A stretch of 64,000 nt of DNA from Antedon mediterranea. Its lineage: Eukaryota; Animalia; Echinodermata. Shown piece by piece: positions 41,701-54,453 of the stretch (position 1 is the first letter of the stretch; the number at the start of each line of letters is the position of its first letter). Under the pieces are notes generated by a model. The model searched no databases. It had not been told where the DNA came from and saw nothing but the letters and a program-made list of their open reading frames with translations. The translations under genes and the position numbers were made by a program. The stretch covers positions 20,345,045-20,409,044 of the forward strand of contig NC_092680.1 of the NCBI RefSeq assembly GCF_964355755.1, read 5' to 3'.

Positions 41701-44700
41701 GTAGACATAGTTTTACACTAAACTTTTCATTGATTGGCCTATTTGACTCAAAAGCCCAGACCAGAATATAGTAAAAGTTTCTTTATATTTAAACCATTAT
41801 TGTTCCAGCTTCTACAACGCCTCTATTTGCCAACTTTACATCATCTAATGATTTAAAGGGTTATTTTAAAATTCAACTTTTAGATAATGGGTTAGGAAAG
41901 AAAGCAAAGGCAAAGAAAGCCAAGAAGAGGAAGCGAAAGGGTGGAGAAAAAGGATGTGAAGCCACGGAGAATGACGATGGAAATAAAAACAAAAAAGTTG
42001 CACCAAATTTTTTCGTGGCAGTACAAGTTTCAAATCCAAAGGTTAGATAGTTTTTGAAATTTAAATAAATGAGATAAAATAATTTTAGCGGTGCTGTATA
42101 AACTGGGGTGTGCATTAGTTTGAATTTATTCTGGTTTATTGAACAAAAAAAGTACAAAACTTAGTGGCGTTAATTTACATCAATTAAATTTAATAAGTAG
42201 ACAAATTAAGATATAGTATACCAGTATATAACATATAGCAATAACAGTGGTCTCAATCCTTGGTTGGTAAGGCCTGCTTAAAATCCTGCAAATACTATCT
42301 GCTGTCTGTTTTCTATCTAGCATTATACCTTTGCTAAAATATCTAAATCTTGAATCTTTTCACCCTGTCTGTTTATATATACATTTATATAGTTTTTTTG
42401 TTTCAATATTCTCAATTTGTGATTTGACATAGTTACCAATGCTATTTTTCTTTTCTTTACTTCTGTCTAGATCCAACGATCTCTGCGGCAAGTGCAGAAT
42501 CACGTTCTAAACTTTGATGAGAAATTAAAGGATGCAATGATACCGTTACCCACAATGCATCTCACCATCATGGTCATGCATCTTGGGAATGAAGAAGAAA
42601 TTGAAAAGTGAGTGATATCAGTGATGATATTATGGCACTAGAATATTTTTTTTTTGGCCAATATAAACAAAGTTGCAACTTTTCAGAATAAGACATTTCT
42701 TAATAATTTGTTTCATTGATCAGGGCCAAAAAAGCACTGGAAGCATCCCACAAAGAGTTATCTGTGAAATTTGGTGAGGAGAAGTTACTGATCCACTTTC
42801 AAGGCTTAAGTCATTTCAACAATCAAGTTATGTTTGCCCGTATCTTAGACGATGACAGTACAATCGAGGTCTTGTATAATATTGCAGGTAGGTTTAACTG
42901 AATACAATATTATATTACCTAAATATAAGAGGCACAGTAACACATGGTATTGTAGCTTAGTTAATAATAGCCTATAGGTTAATCACAGATACAAAAGTAC
43001 TACAGGATTGTATTTAATACTTTTTAGTTATACAATTATAATATAATTTGTAAAATGTATACATTCATTCATTAAATTATTTTCCTTATAAAAGTTCAAA
43101 TATTTCAAAATAATGTATACAGTAAGATTTGGAGAGTTTAACAAAGAAATTGTACAAACTTTGTCGTACAAGAATTGAAACAACTATAATTTATTTCTAA
43201 TTTCTAGAAACTGTCGAAAGATGTTTTAAAGAACATGGTATATCGTCAACTGGTGAGCGGGGTTTCAAACCCCACCTCACCGTAATGAAACTCTCTCGTG
43301 CTCCAAGTCTGCGGAAGAAAGGTGTACGACGCATAAAGTCGGAGGTTTATAAGGAGCATAGTAATAAATATTTTGGAGCACAGGTTATGAGAGGTCTTCA
43401 ACTGTGCTCGATTACTAAACCAAAGACAGGAGACGGCTACTATGCCAAGCTTCAAGAATTCTATTTTGGAACATATGGTAATTATAAGGTTTTTAGGCAC
43501 GTTGCCAAAAATTAGCAATAGCAATTTTTGTTTGGACAGAGTCCAGGATAAAAACAAAGAAACTAAAAACCAGTGTGGATGTAAAAAGTCACTTATTTTA
43601 TTAAATGACAAAACAAATTAATTCTTTTTTTTGTTGTCCTGATATGCATGTGGTAATTAATTCAGGTGAGAAATGTGTAAAAAAGATACCTGGTATTTGG
43701 GAGAGGATTTGTTTTTAGCATAAATTTTTGTCGGGCTTGAGAACCTAATATTATTAACTAAGTTTACTATACTACAGATTAGAAATATATTTCAAGAATA
43801 AAGAAAATTGGTTCCTTAATAACTTCACAAATAAAAATAAAGAAAACAGTTTTAACATTTTAACATGGGTTGAAATATCAACATGCCCCTTCTGTGGCAA
43901 TATTTGCCAAATAATTCACTCAATTTCTGAGTGCTTTCATTTGTTTGTTAGCACGATAGCGCCTACAAATTTCAAGTTATCAATCTGAATTTTTTTGGTG
44001 TAAATTGATACTTACAGAACATGGCTATTGAAATTCAAGGAAATCAGTTCATCAATAACTTTATTTTTTTAACACGGGCAAAATATCAACATGCGCCCTC
44101 TGCTTCACTCAGTTTCTGAGTGCTTTCACTGTTATTATCGTTTCATGCAGTGTTTAGTCATATATATTTGTATTGAGAGAGATCAATTGTATTTTTTGTC
44201 TCATAATATGGGTAATATAAATACTAATGTTTGAAATTTAGGAGAGTTGGAAGAAGAAGATGATGGAGTGGACTTGATTGGAGATCCAGTGATTGAATCA
44301 GCCAGTAATAACCAAGACTTAAATCCACTGAATGAACTTATTCAAGATCTTAAAGAACAGAAAAAGAACACAATATCAACGGTTACTGAGTCAGTCAAAA
44401 GTAAGTACCAATACTTGGAACCACTAAATAAACTTATTCAAGATCTTAAGAACACAATATCAACAGTTACTGAGTCTGTCAAAAGTAAGTACTAAGACTT
44501 AGATCCACTAAATAAACTTATTCAAGATCTTAAAGAACAGAAAAACAACACAATATCAACAGTTACTGAGTCTTGTCAATAGTAAGTACCAAGACTTGGA
44601 ACCACTAAATAAACGTATTCAAGATCTTAAAGAACCGAAAAAAAAACACAATATCAACGGTTACTGAGTCTGTCAAAAGTAAGTACCAAGACTTGGAACC

Positions 44701-45540
44701 ACTAAACAAACTTATTCAAGATCTTAAAGAACAGAAAAAGAACACAATATCAATGGTTACTGAGTCTGTCAAAAGTAAGTACCAAGACTTGGAACCACTA
44801 AATAAACTTATTCAAGATCTTAAAGAACAGAAAAAAAACACAATATCAACAGTTACTGAGTCTGTCAAAAGTAAGTACCAAGACTTGGAACCACTAAATA
44901 AACTTATTCAAGATCTTAAAGAACAGAAAAAGAACACATCAATGGTTACTGAGTCTGTCAAAAGTAAGTACCAAGACTTGGAACCACTAAATAAACTTAT
45001 TCAATATCTTAAAGAACAGAAAAAGAACACAATATCAACGGTTACTGAGTCTGTCAAAAGTAAGTACCAAGACTTTGAACCATTAAATAAACTTATTCAA
45101 GATCTTAAAGAACAGAAAAAAAAACACATCAACGGTTACTGAGTCTGTCAAAACTTAGTAATGTATTCTTCAAGTAATTGCATTTATTTAGCATTATATT
45201 GCATTTAATGAAATTACTTTTTTATTTGTTTTTTTCACTGATATTTTTTCTTTTAATATTTGTTATATTTTTTAAATTTAAATAATTTTAACGAATGTCT
45301 AATTAGGATACTTAGCATGCTTGAATGTAAATTGAGATACAAAATAATTCATTTTTTTCAGAAGCTCTTAAAACGTCTGTTAAAGAAGAGGACAGCACAA
45401 GTGAATTAGTCTCTGAATCCAGCCTTGACAGAACTGCTGACCTTACAACAAGCTGTGATGATATTCCTAGTGAGGATCTAATACCACAGGAGCCTAAAGA
45501 AATAAACACTTCACCAACAGAGGGCCCTGATAAAATGTAA
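32781..45540 (+). CDS. AKAP7: AKAP7-like 2H-phosphoesterase with a long N-terminal extension. Predicted exons 32781-33080, 39424-41431, 41809 (or 41884)-42041, 42471-42607, 42724-42887, 43208-43477, 44242-44400, 45362-45540
   Basis: Phase-consistent GT-AG exons give a basic NLS (KKAKKRKRK), then PNFFVAVQVSN, PTMHLTIMV, FQGLSHFNNQVMFA, FKPHLTVMKLSRAPSLRKKG, FGAQ..RGLQLCS..K....GYY, the AKAP7 central domain with both HxT motifs. The 2H exons are secure; joining of 32781-33080 relies on a weak donor (gttcga) with matching phase 0. Confidence 0.8.
37940..38045 (+). mobile_element. tRNA-derived SINE fragment
   Basis: B-box gggttcgagttcc; downstream cctgatgcaaacct ... gtagtt also occurs inverted near 13695-13720 and 2560-2580. 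Confidence 0.55.
38075..38378. repeat. ~115-bp local direct duplication
   Basis: tacaaattcttgtgaattgtactg ... aaccgctttgtggcag present near 38107 and 38297. Confidence 0.8.
41573..41712. mobile_element. MITE family A in an AKAP7-like intron (explains the tail of ORF 39361-41721)
   Basis: agctctgtctacactatcaaact ... agtttgatagtgtagacatagtt. Confidence 0.85.
44305..45153 (+). repeat. 96-bp tandem repeat (about 9 units) spanning an exon 3' end and its GTAAGT donor
   Basis: Unit gtaagtaccaagacttggaaccactaaataaacttattcaagatcttaaagaacagaaaaagaacacaatatcaacggttactgagtctgtcaaaa (32 codons). Confidence 0.95.
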
Positions 45541-45697
45541 AAAAGAAAAAACATCATTTAAGAAACAAACAAATAAAGTAGGGACAACATCAACTGGGCG
45601 CAACAAAGAATTAATAAATACAAGAAATGTGCTCAACAAAAAAGGTAATATTTACCGAACGTGAATATTGGCTTTTTTAAGAACCACACTTGTCTTA

Positions 45698-45828
45698 AGC
45701 TCTGTCTACACTATCAAATTAATGTGACAAAAAATGGGATGTGACCATGGACACGATGATGTCATATCACTACCATATTTAGGCACATCATATTTTCTTC
45801 AAACTAGTTTTATAGTGTAGACAGAGCT
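45698..45828. mobile_element. MITE family A in the probable 3' UTR of the AKAP7-like gene
   Basis: tta|agctctgtctacactat ... atagtgtagacagagct|tta, perfect TTA target duplication. Confidence 0.9.
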
Positions 45829-47250
45829 TTAAACAAAAAATAATTAGTAAAAACATCAACTGAAACAACTCAACAATAAAAAGAACATACGAATTGAAAG
45901 GTGCTAGCCAGGTTTAGGTTTACTGTAATCATCATTTTGTCGCCTTTCGATGTTGATGCTTGTGACCATTTCATTTGAATGAACAATTATCACATTATTA
46001 TCTCATTTTATAGTATAATTATATTTCTAAATTTAAAAAAATATATTTAACTTACTTTTATAGTTAATGGGTGAGTAAATAGATCAATCAAATTTTATTT
46101 TAAATATCATTTAATTTACCGTAATAGAAATTTTTTTAAACTTTATTAGATAGAATTAATATTTTCATTTTTGTTAATTTACGTATACACTAACATTTAA
46201 ATTGTAATATTATATTTCATCTTAGGTTACTAAATCAGTAGATTAGTTTTGCTGGTCAAAAAATAACAAAATAATGTATTTGTTTAAAAATGTTTAGGAT
46301 TATTTTTCATTGGCAATTTGTTTTATGTTGAGGTGTACAATATAAAATTGCAGCAATGGTCTTTCAACAAATTGTATTCACACACACAGCAGCGCCCTCT
46401 ATGCTGATATTCCTCGATATAAACCCTTTTTAATTTGTTTTTTGAGCTAAATCTTAATTAACTGGAATCTTCAGTTACATAATTAAGTACAGCGTGAAAA
46501 GCTAAAAAAAAATCCATCGGGTAACTTAAAATATTTATTTAACTAACCACAAATTTGTGCAACTCGTATCGTATCAAAACTTACTAAAATATTTTTATAT
46601 TGCTTGCACGTCTATATATATTATTAAAGAAAGATTTAGAAAGATTATTATGAATAATTTAGAAAAGAAATTGCGTTTTAAATAATTATGAAAAAAGCCT
46701 ACTAAAATGTAAAATAATTAGAAAAAGTGTGTTGTCGATTCATGATTTGTAAGTAATAACTATTTCAGTTCAAACTAAGTTATAAGAATTCAGGATTGTG
46801 TTATAGTGGTTCGTTAAAATTTCATGTTCAGGAATCATGTCCCAGATAAAAATAAAACATTATAATTATTTTAGCCGATATAGGAAAAGGCGTAATAACG
46901 CGAACAAAATCCAAGCTTCTGATGGTGCCTGGCGTAAAAGAATACTAACAGCGTAAAAAAAAAGAGAATAATTAACTAGAAACTCGAGGAAATACTGGTG
47001 TAACGTCTGCGTATAAGAGTATTACATCATAATTAATTTCACTAATGATCGTCGTTCACTGTTGAACGTAAGCTCTTTAAGAAGAGTTTCTAGATATATT
47101 GTAAATAGGATGATTGATGGTTGATAATGATGATATATGGATATCTGCAAGTGCTGTATGTACAGTATTTAATTGAGAATTATATGCACTGTTTGTTTAG
47201 CAGATATTGTCTTCTCCCTGATGTGTTTGTCACGCCGCAAACACGTGTTA

Positions 47251-47394
47251 AGCTTGGTTGCTACTAGGACGCAGCGCAAACACGTAATTTGACCAATCAT
47301 AAGCGATGGGGTATTTGAACTGTCGATTGTGATTGGCCAACTCACTTGCGTTTGTGCTTACCTCCTTGCGTTGAGTCTTAGTGGGAACCAAGCT
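47251..47394. mobile_element. MITE family B
   Basis: tta|agcttggttgctacta ... tagtgggaaccaagct; internal inverted gaccaatca / tgattggc. Confidence 0.75.
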
Positions 47395-48319
47395 TTGGGA
47401 AGATGCTAGTACTGTAGCTAAGTTCCCATCATGTTTGTCATGTTTGAAATAATGTTATTACCACACCTACAGTGTAGTACTATTAACGCCATTATCTCTT
47501 CACATTAGACGAACTATAGAGTTTATAAATGTTAATTTATTTTATTCACAAAATATGTCTGGCCTTCAGTCACTCGTCCAGCTCACTCTTTACAACTTTC
47601 TTTGCTGCAAATTCACTATTTCCATACTGTTCTGTATTTTAATATTTTAGAGTATCATTACAGTAGTTAATAATTTAAGAAACTAATATTAATAATAATT
47701 TCTTTCTGTGTATGATGACGCACCTTGTTAACTTAAAAATAAACATCTTAAAATCGTTGCTGGTTTTACCAAAATCGAGCAGAAAACTCAAATAATTTAG
47801 CCAAACAGGCCTAATATTTTTGTTGGGCGTAATTTATTGACAGAGAATTATTAAATAAATTGTATGTATAGGGTTTCTTTAACTATGCAATATTATGTTA
47901 AATTTCCACTATAGTTTACAACTCAACTCGCGGTCAAAATATGCTAAAGATGCTTTTGAAAGTGCATACATTTAGTTTTGTTAACAAATTTTGATTTATT
48001 TTACCAACTCTAAAATAATGTTTATATCAATTATACTTTATTTATCAGTTTTATATTTACAGTATATATTTAATTTTTATTCCAGCAACTAAGTTGCTAA
48101 GAGGGTTATAAATTAGTCAGATTTTGATTAAAAAGTATTGACATAAAAGATTACATTGTACTAATTGAAAATGAACCACAACACAACCACTCATACAATT
48201 CACTCATTTATTAATGGGTCCTTGAAATTATATTGAAAAAACAGGCTTACCAAGAAACCATCCCCACCATGCTACTAGGTTCCTGAAAGGTGCACTTATA
48301 CTTTGAAATATGAAATTGA

Positions 48320-51300
48320 TTATTATGGCTCTATAAGATGATACAAAGCAATATATGAGGATATATAGCCATAATATCGCATAATAATGAAAATTTTCGA
48401 AAAAAAATCCCTGTACTAAAGTACATGGATTTTTCCCTTAAAACGGCAAAATTTCGACCCCTTTATTTTTCGACAAAACTGGTTGTTATGGCTCTATAAG
48501 ATGATACAAAGCAATATATACAGATATATAGCCATATTATTGCATAATTATTGAATTTTAAAAAGGCAATTTTTTGAAAAAATCCCTGTACTATAGTACA
48601 GGGAAATTTTATAATCGCAGGGACGAATAATGGGTTCTGCGCATGTCAATTGTGCTATAGTAACCAGTTTTGACATAAATGGTTACTATTGCATAATAAA
48701 CATGCGCAGAGATGAATAATGGGTTCTGCGCATGTCAATTGTGCTATAGTAACCAGTTTTATCGAAAAATTAAAAGGTCGACAATTGACCATTTTTAAAA
48801 AAAATCCCTGTACTATAGTACAGGGAAATTTTCGAAAAATGGTCGATTTTAGACCCTTTTATTTTTTGACATAAATGGTTACTATTGCATAATAAACATG
48901 CGCAGAGACTAATAATGTGTTCTGCGCATGTCAATTGTGCTATAGTAACCAGTTTTATCGAAAAATTAAAAGGTCGAAAATTGAGCATTTTTTTTTAAAA
49001 TCCCTGTACTATAGTACAGGGAAATTTTCGAAAAATGGTCGATTTTAGACCCTTTTATTTTTTGACATAAATGGTTACTATAGCATAATAAACATGCGCA
49101 GAGGCGAATAATGGGTTCTACGCATGTCAATTGTGCTATAGTAACCAGTTTTATCGAAAAATAAAAAGGTCGAAAATTTGCCATTTTTTGAAAAAATCCT
49201 TGTACAATAGTACAGGAAAATTTTCGAAAAATGGCCGATTTTCGATCCTTTTATTTTTTGACATAAATGGTTACTATTGCATAATAAACATGCGCAGAGA
49301 CGAATAATGGGTTCTGCGCATGTCAATTGTGCTATAGTAACCAGTTTTGACATAAATGGTTACTATAGCATAATAAACATGCGCAGAGGCGACTAATGGG
49401 TTCTGCGCATGTCAATTGTGCTATAGTAACCAGTTTTATCGAAAAATAAAAAGGTCGAAAAATGGCTATTTTTTGGAAAAAATCCCTGTACTATAGAACA
49501 GGTAAATTTTTGAAAAATGGCCGATTTTCGACTCTTTTATTTTTTGACATAAATAGTTACTATTGCATAATAAACATGCGCAGAGACTAATAATGGGTTC
49601 TGCGCATGTCAATTGTGCTACAGTAACCAGTTTTGACATAAATGGTTACTATAGCATAATAAACATGCGCAGAGGCGAATAAGGGGTTTTGCGCATGTTA
49701 ATTGTGCTATAGTAACCAGTTTTATCGAAAAATTAAAAGGTCGAAAATTGACCATTTTTAAAAAAAATCCCTGTACTATAGTACAGGGAAATTTTCGAAA
49801 AATGGTCGATTTTAGACCCTTTTATTTTTTGACATAAATGGTTACTATTGCATAATAAACATGCGCAGAGGCGAATAATGGGTTCTACGCATGTCAATTG
49901 TGCTATAGTAACCAGTTTTATCGAAAAATAAAAAGGTCGAAAATTTGCCATTTTTTGAAAAAATCCCTGTACTATAGTACAGGAAAATTTTCGAAAAATG
50001 GCCGATTTTCGATCCTTTTATTTTTTGACATAAATGGTCACTATTGCATAATAAACATGCGCAGAGACGAATAATGGGTTCTGCGCATGTCAATTGTGCT
50101 ATAGTAACCAGTTTTGACATAAATGGTTACTATAGCATAATAAACATGCGCAGAGGCGACTAATGGGTTCTGCGCATGTCAATTGTGCTATAGTAACCAG
50201 TTTTATCGAAAAATAAAAAGGTCGAAAAATAGCAATTTTTTGGAAAAAATCCCTGTACTATAGAACAGGTAAATTTTTGAAAAATGGCCGATTTTCGACT
50301 CTTTTATTTTTTGACATAAATAGTTACTATAGCATAACAAACATGCGCAGAGGCGAATAAGGGGTTTTGCGCATGTTAATTGTGCTATAGTAACCAGTTT
50401 TATCGAAAAATAAAAAGGTCGAAAAATGGCTATTTTTTGGAAAAAATCCCTGTACTATAGAACAGGGAAATTTTTGAAAAATGGCCGATTTTCGACTCTT
50501 TTATTTTTTGACATATATAGTTACTATTGCATAATAAACATGCGCAGAGACTAATAATGGGTTCTGCGCATGTCAATTGTGCTACAGTAACCAGTTTTGA
50601 CATAAATGGTTACTATAGCATAATAAACATGCGCAGAGGCGAATAAGGGGTTTTGCGCATGTTAATTGTGCTATAGTAACCAGTTTTATCGAAAAATAAA
50701 AAGGTCGAAAAATGGCTATTTTTTGGAAAAAATCCCTGTACTATAGTACAGGGAAATTTTAGAAAAATGGCCGATTTTCGACCCTTTTATTTTTTGACAT
50801 AAATGGTTACTATTGCATAATAAACATGCGCAGGAACGTATAATAGGTTCTGCGCATGTCAATTGTGCTATAGTAACCAGTTTTGACATAAATAGTTACT
50901 ATTGCATAATAAACATGCGCAGAGACTAATAATGGGTTCTGCGCATGTCAATTGTGCTACAGTAACCAGTTTTGACATAAATGGTTACTATAGCATAATA
51001 AACATGCGCAGAGGCGAATAAGGGGTTTTGCGCATGTTAATTGTGCTATAGTAACCAGTTTTATCGAAAAATTAAAAGGTCGAAAATTGACCATTTTTTA
51101 AAAAAATCCCTGTACTATAGTACAGGGAAATTTTCGAAAAATGGTCGATTTTAGACCCTTTTATTTTTTGACATAAATGGTTACTATTGCATAATAAACA
51201 TGCGCAGAGGCGAATAATGGGTTCTACGCATGTCAATTGTGCTATAGTAACCAGTTTTATCGAAAAATAAAAAGGTCGAAAATTTGCCATTTTTTGAAAA

Positions 51301-54300
51301 AATCCCTGTACTATAGTACAGGAAAATTTTCGAAAAATGGCCGATTTTCGATCCTTTTATTTTTTGACATAAATGGTCACTATTGCATAATAAACATGCG
51401 CAGAGACGAATAATGGGTTCTGCGCATGTCAATTGTGCTATAGTAACCAGTTTTGACATAAATGGTTACTATAGCATAATAAACATGCGCAGAGGCGACT
51501 AATGGGTTCTGCGCATGTCAATTGTGCTATAGTAACCAGTTTTATCGAAAAATAAAAAGGTCGAAAAATAGCAATTTTTTGGAAAAAATCCCTGTACTAT
51601 AGAACAGGTAAATTTTTGAAAAATGGCCGATTTTCGACTCTTTTATTTTTTGACATAAATAGTTACTATAGCATAACAAACATGCGCAGAGGCGAATAAG
51701 GGGTTTTGCGCATGTTAATTGTGCTATAGTAACCAGTTTTATCGAAAAATAAAAAGGTCGAAAAATGGCTATTTTTTGGAAAAAATCCCTGTACTATAGA
51801 ACAGGGAAATTTTTGAAAAATGGCCGATTTTCGACTCTTTTATTTTTTGACATATATAGTTACTATTGCATAATAAACATGCGCAGAGACTAATAATGGG
51901 TTCTGCGCATGTCAATTGTGCTACAGTAACCAGTTTTGACATAAATGGTTACTATAGCATAATAAACATGCGCAGAGGCGAATAAGGGGTTTTGCGCATG
52001 TTAATTGTGCTATAGTAACCAGTTTTATCGAAAAATAAAAAGGTCGAAAAATGGCTATTTTTTGGAAAAAATCCCTGTACTATAGTACAGGGAAATTTTA
52101 GAAAAATGGCCGATTTTCGACCCTTTTATTTTTTGACATAAATGGTTACTATTGCATAATAAACATGCGCAGGAACGTATAATAGGTTCTGCGCATGTCA
52201 ATTGTGCTATAGTAACCAGTTTTGACATAAATAGTTACTATTGCATAATAAACATGCGCAGAGACTAATAATGGGTTCTGCGCATGTCAATTGTGCTACA
52301 GTAACCAGTTTTGACATAAATGGTTACTATAGCATAATAAACATGCGCAGAGGCGAATAATGGGTTCTACGCATGTCAATTGTGCTATAGTAACCAGTTT
52401 TATCGAAAAATAAAAAGGTCGAAAATCGGCCATTTTTTGAAAAAATCCCTGTACTATAGTACAGGAAAATTTTCGAAAAATGGCCGATTTTCGACCCTTT
52501 TATTTTTTGACATAAATGGTTACTATTGCATAATAAACATGCGCAGAGACGAATAATGGGTTCTGCGCATGTCAATTGTGCTATAGTAACCAGTTTTGAC
52601 ATAAATGGTTACTATAGCATAATAAACATGCGCAGAGGCGAATAAGGGGTTTTGCGCATGTTAATTGTGCTATAGTAACCAGTTTTATCGAAAAATAAAA
52701 AGGTCGAAAAATGGCTATTTTTTGGAAAAAATCCCTGTACTATAGTACAGGGAAATTTTAGAAAAATGGCCGATTTTCGACTCTTTTATTTTTTGACATA
52801 AATAGTTACTATTGCATAATAAACATGCGCAGAGACTAATAATGGGTTCTGCGCATGTCAATTGTGCTACAGTAACCAGTTTTGACATAAATGGTTACTA
52901 TAGCATAATAAACATGCGCAGAGGCGAATAATGGGTTCTACGCATGTCAATTGTGCTATAGTAACCAGTTTTATCGAAAAATAAAAAGGTCGAAAATTTG
53001 CCATTAATTTGGAAAAAATCCCTGTACTATAGTACAGGGAAATTTTTGAAAAATGGCCGATTTTCGACCCTTTTATTTTTTGACATAAATGGTTACTATT
53101 GCATAATAAACATGCGCAGGAACGAATAATAGGTTCTGCGCATGTCAATTGTGCTATAGTAACCAGTTTTGACATAAATAGTTACTATTGCATAATAAAC
53201 ATGCGCAGAGACTAATAATGGGTTCTGCGCATGTCAATTGTGCTACAGTAACCAGTTTTTACATAAATGGTTACTATAGCATAATAAACATGCGCAGAGG
53301 CGAATAATGGGTTCTACGCATGTCAATTGTGCTACAGTAACCAGTTTTGACATAAATGGTTACTATAGCATAATAAACATGCGCAGAGGCGAATAATGGG
53401 TTCTACGCATGTCAATTGTGCTATAGTAACCAGTTTTATCGAAAAATTAAAAGGTCGAAAATTTGCCATTTTTTGAAAAAATCCCTGTACTATAGTACAG
53501 GAAAATTTTCGAAAAATGGCCGATTTTCGACCCTTTTATTTTTTGACATAAATGGTTACTATTGCATAATAAACATGCGCAGAGACGAATAATGGGTTCT
53601 GCGCATGTCAATTGTGCTATAGTAACCAGTTTTGACATAAATGGTTACTATAGCATAATAAACATGCGCAGAGGCGACTAATGGGTTCTGCGCATGTCAA
53701 TTGTGCTATAGTAACCATTTTTATCGAAAAATAAAAAGGTCGAAAAATGGCTATTTTTTGGAAAAAAATCCCTGTACTATAGAACAGGGAAATTTTTGAA
53801 AAATGGCCGATTTTCGACTCTTTTATTTTTTGACATAAATAGTTACTATTGCATAATAAACATGCGCAGAGACTAATAATGGGTTCTGCGCATGTCAATT
53901 GTGCTACAGTAACCAGTTTTGACATAAATGGTTACTATAGCATAATAAACATGCGCAGAGGCGAATAATGGGTTCTGCGCATGTCAATTGTGCTATAGTA
54001 GCCAGTTTTATCGAAAAATAAAAAGGTCTAAAAATTGCCATTTTTGGAAAAATCCCTGTACTATAGTACAGGGAAATTTTTGAAAAATGGCCGATTTTCG
54101 ACCCTTTTATTTTTTGACATAAATGGTTACTATTGCATAATAAACATGCGCAGGAACGAATAATAGGTTCTGCGCATGTCAATTGTGCTATAGTAACCAG
54201 TTTTGACATAAATGGTTACTCTAGCATAATAAACATGCGCACAGGCGAATAATGGGTTCTGCGCATGTCAATTGTGCTATAGTAACCAGTTTTATCGAAA

Positions 54301-54360
54301 AATAAAAAGGTCGAAAATTTGCCATTTTTTGAAAAATCCCTTTACTAGGCCTACAGGAAA
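48320..54360. repeat. Composite palindromic satellite (two ~95-bp palindromic subunits, higher-order duplication of about 1339 bp)
   Basis: Subunit A centred on atgcgcaga-loop-tctgcgcat, subunit B centred on ccctgtactatagtacaggg; equivalent spurious ORFs at 49733/51072 and 49845/51184 give the 1339-bp period; degenerate units at 48320-48620. Confidence 0.95.
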
Positions 54361-54453
54361 AATTTTTTTTTTCATGTTTCTTGTATTTTTACTTTACTAA
54401 TTTTAAGTATTAATTTAAGAGGGAGAATATTCAATAATAATATCATTACGGTA

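Noticed and set aside
39361-41721. Stand-alone 786-aa protein with a signal peptide and C-terminal TM
   Set aside because: Both hydrophobic ends are intronic (acceptor at 39423, donor at 41432) and the tail is a MITE; it is an internal exon.
44693-45142. Independent 149-aa repeat protein
   Set aside because: Starts at TTG inside the 96-bp repeat, downstream of an in-frame stop and frameshifts.
48620-54345. CRISPR-like array (palindromic repeats with variable loops) and repeated 72-102 aa ORFs
   Set aside because: The loops are a few recurring point variants rather than unique spacers, there are no cas genes, the context is eukaryotic, and the ORFs are by-products of the satellite.
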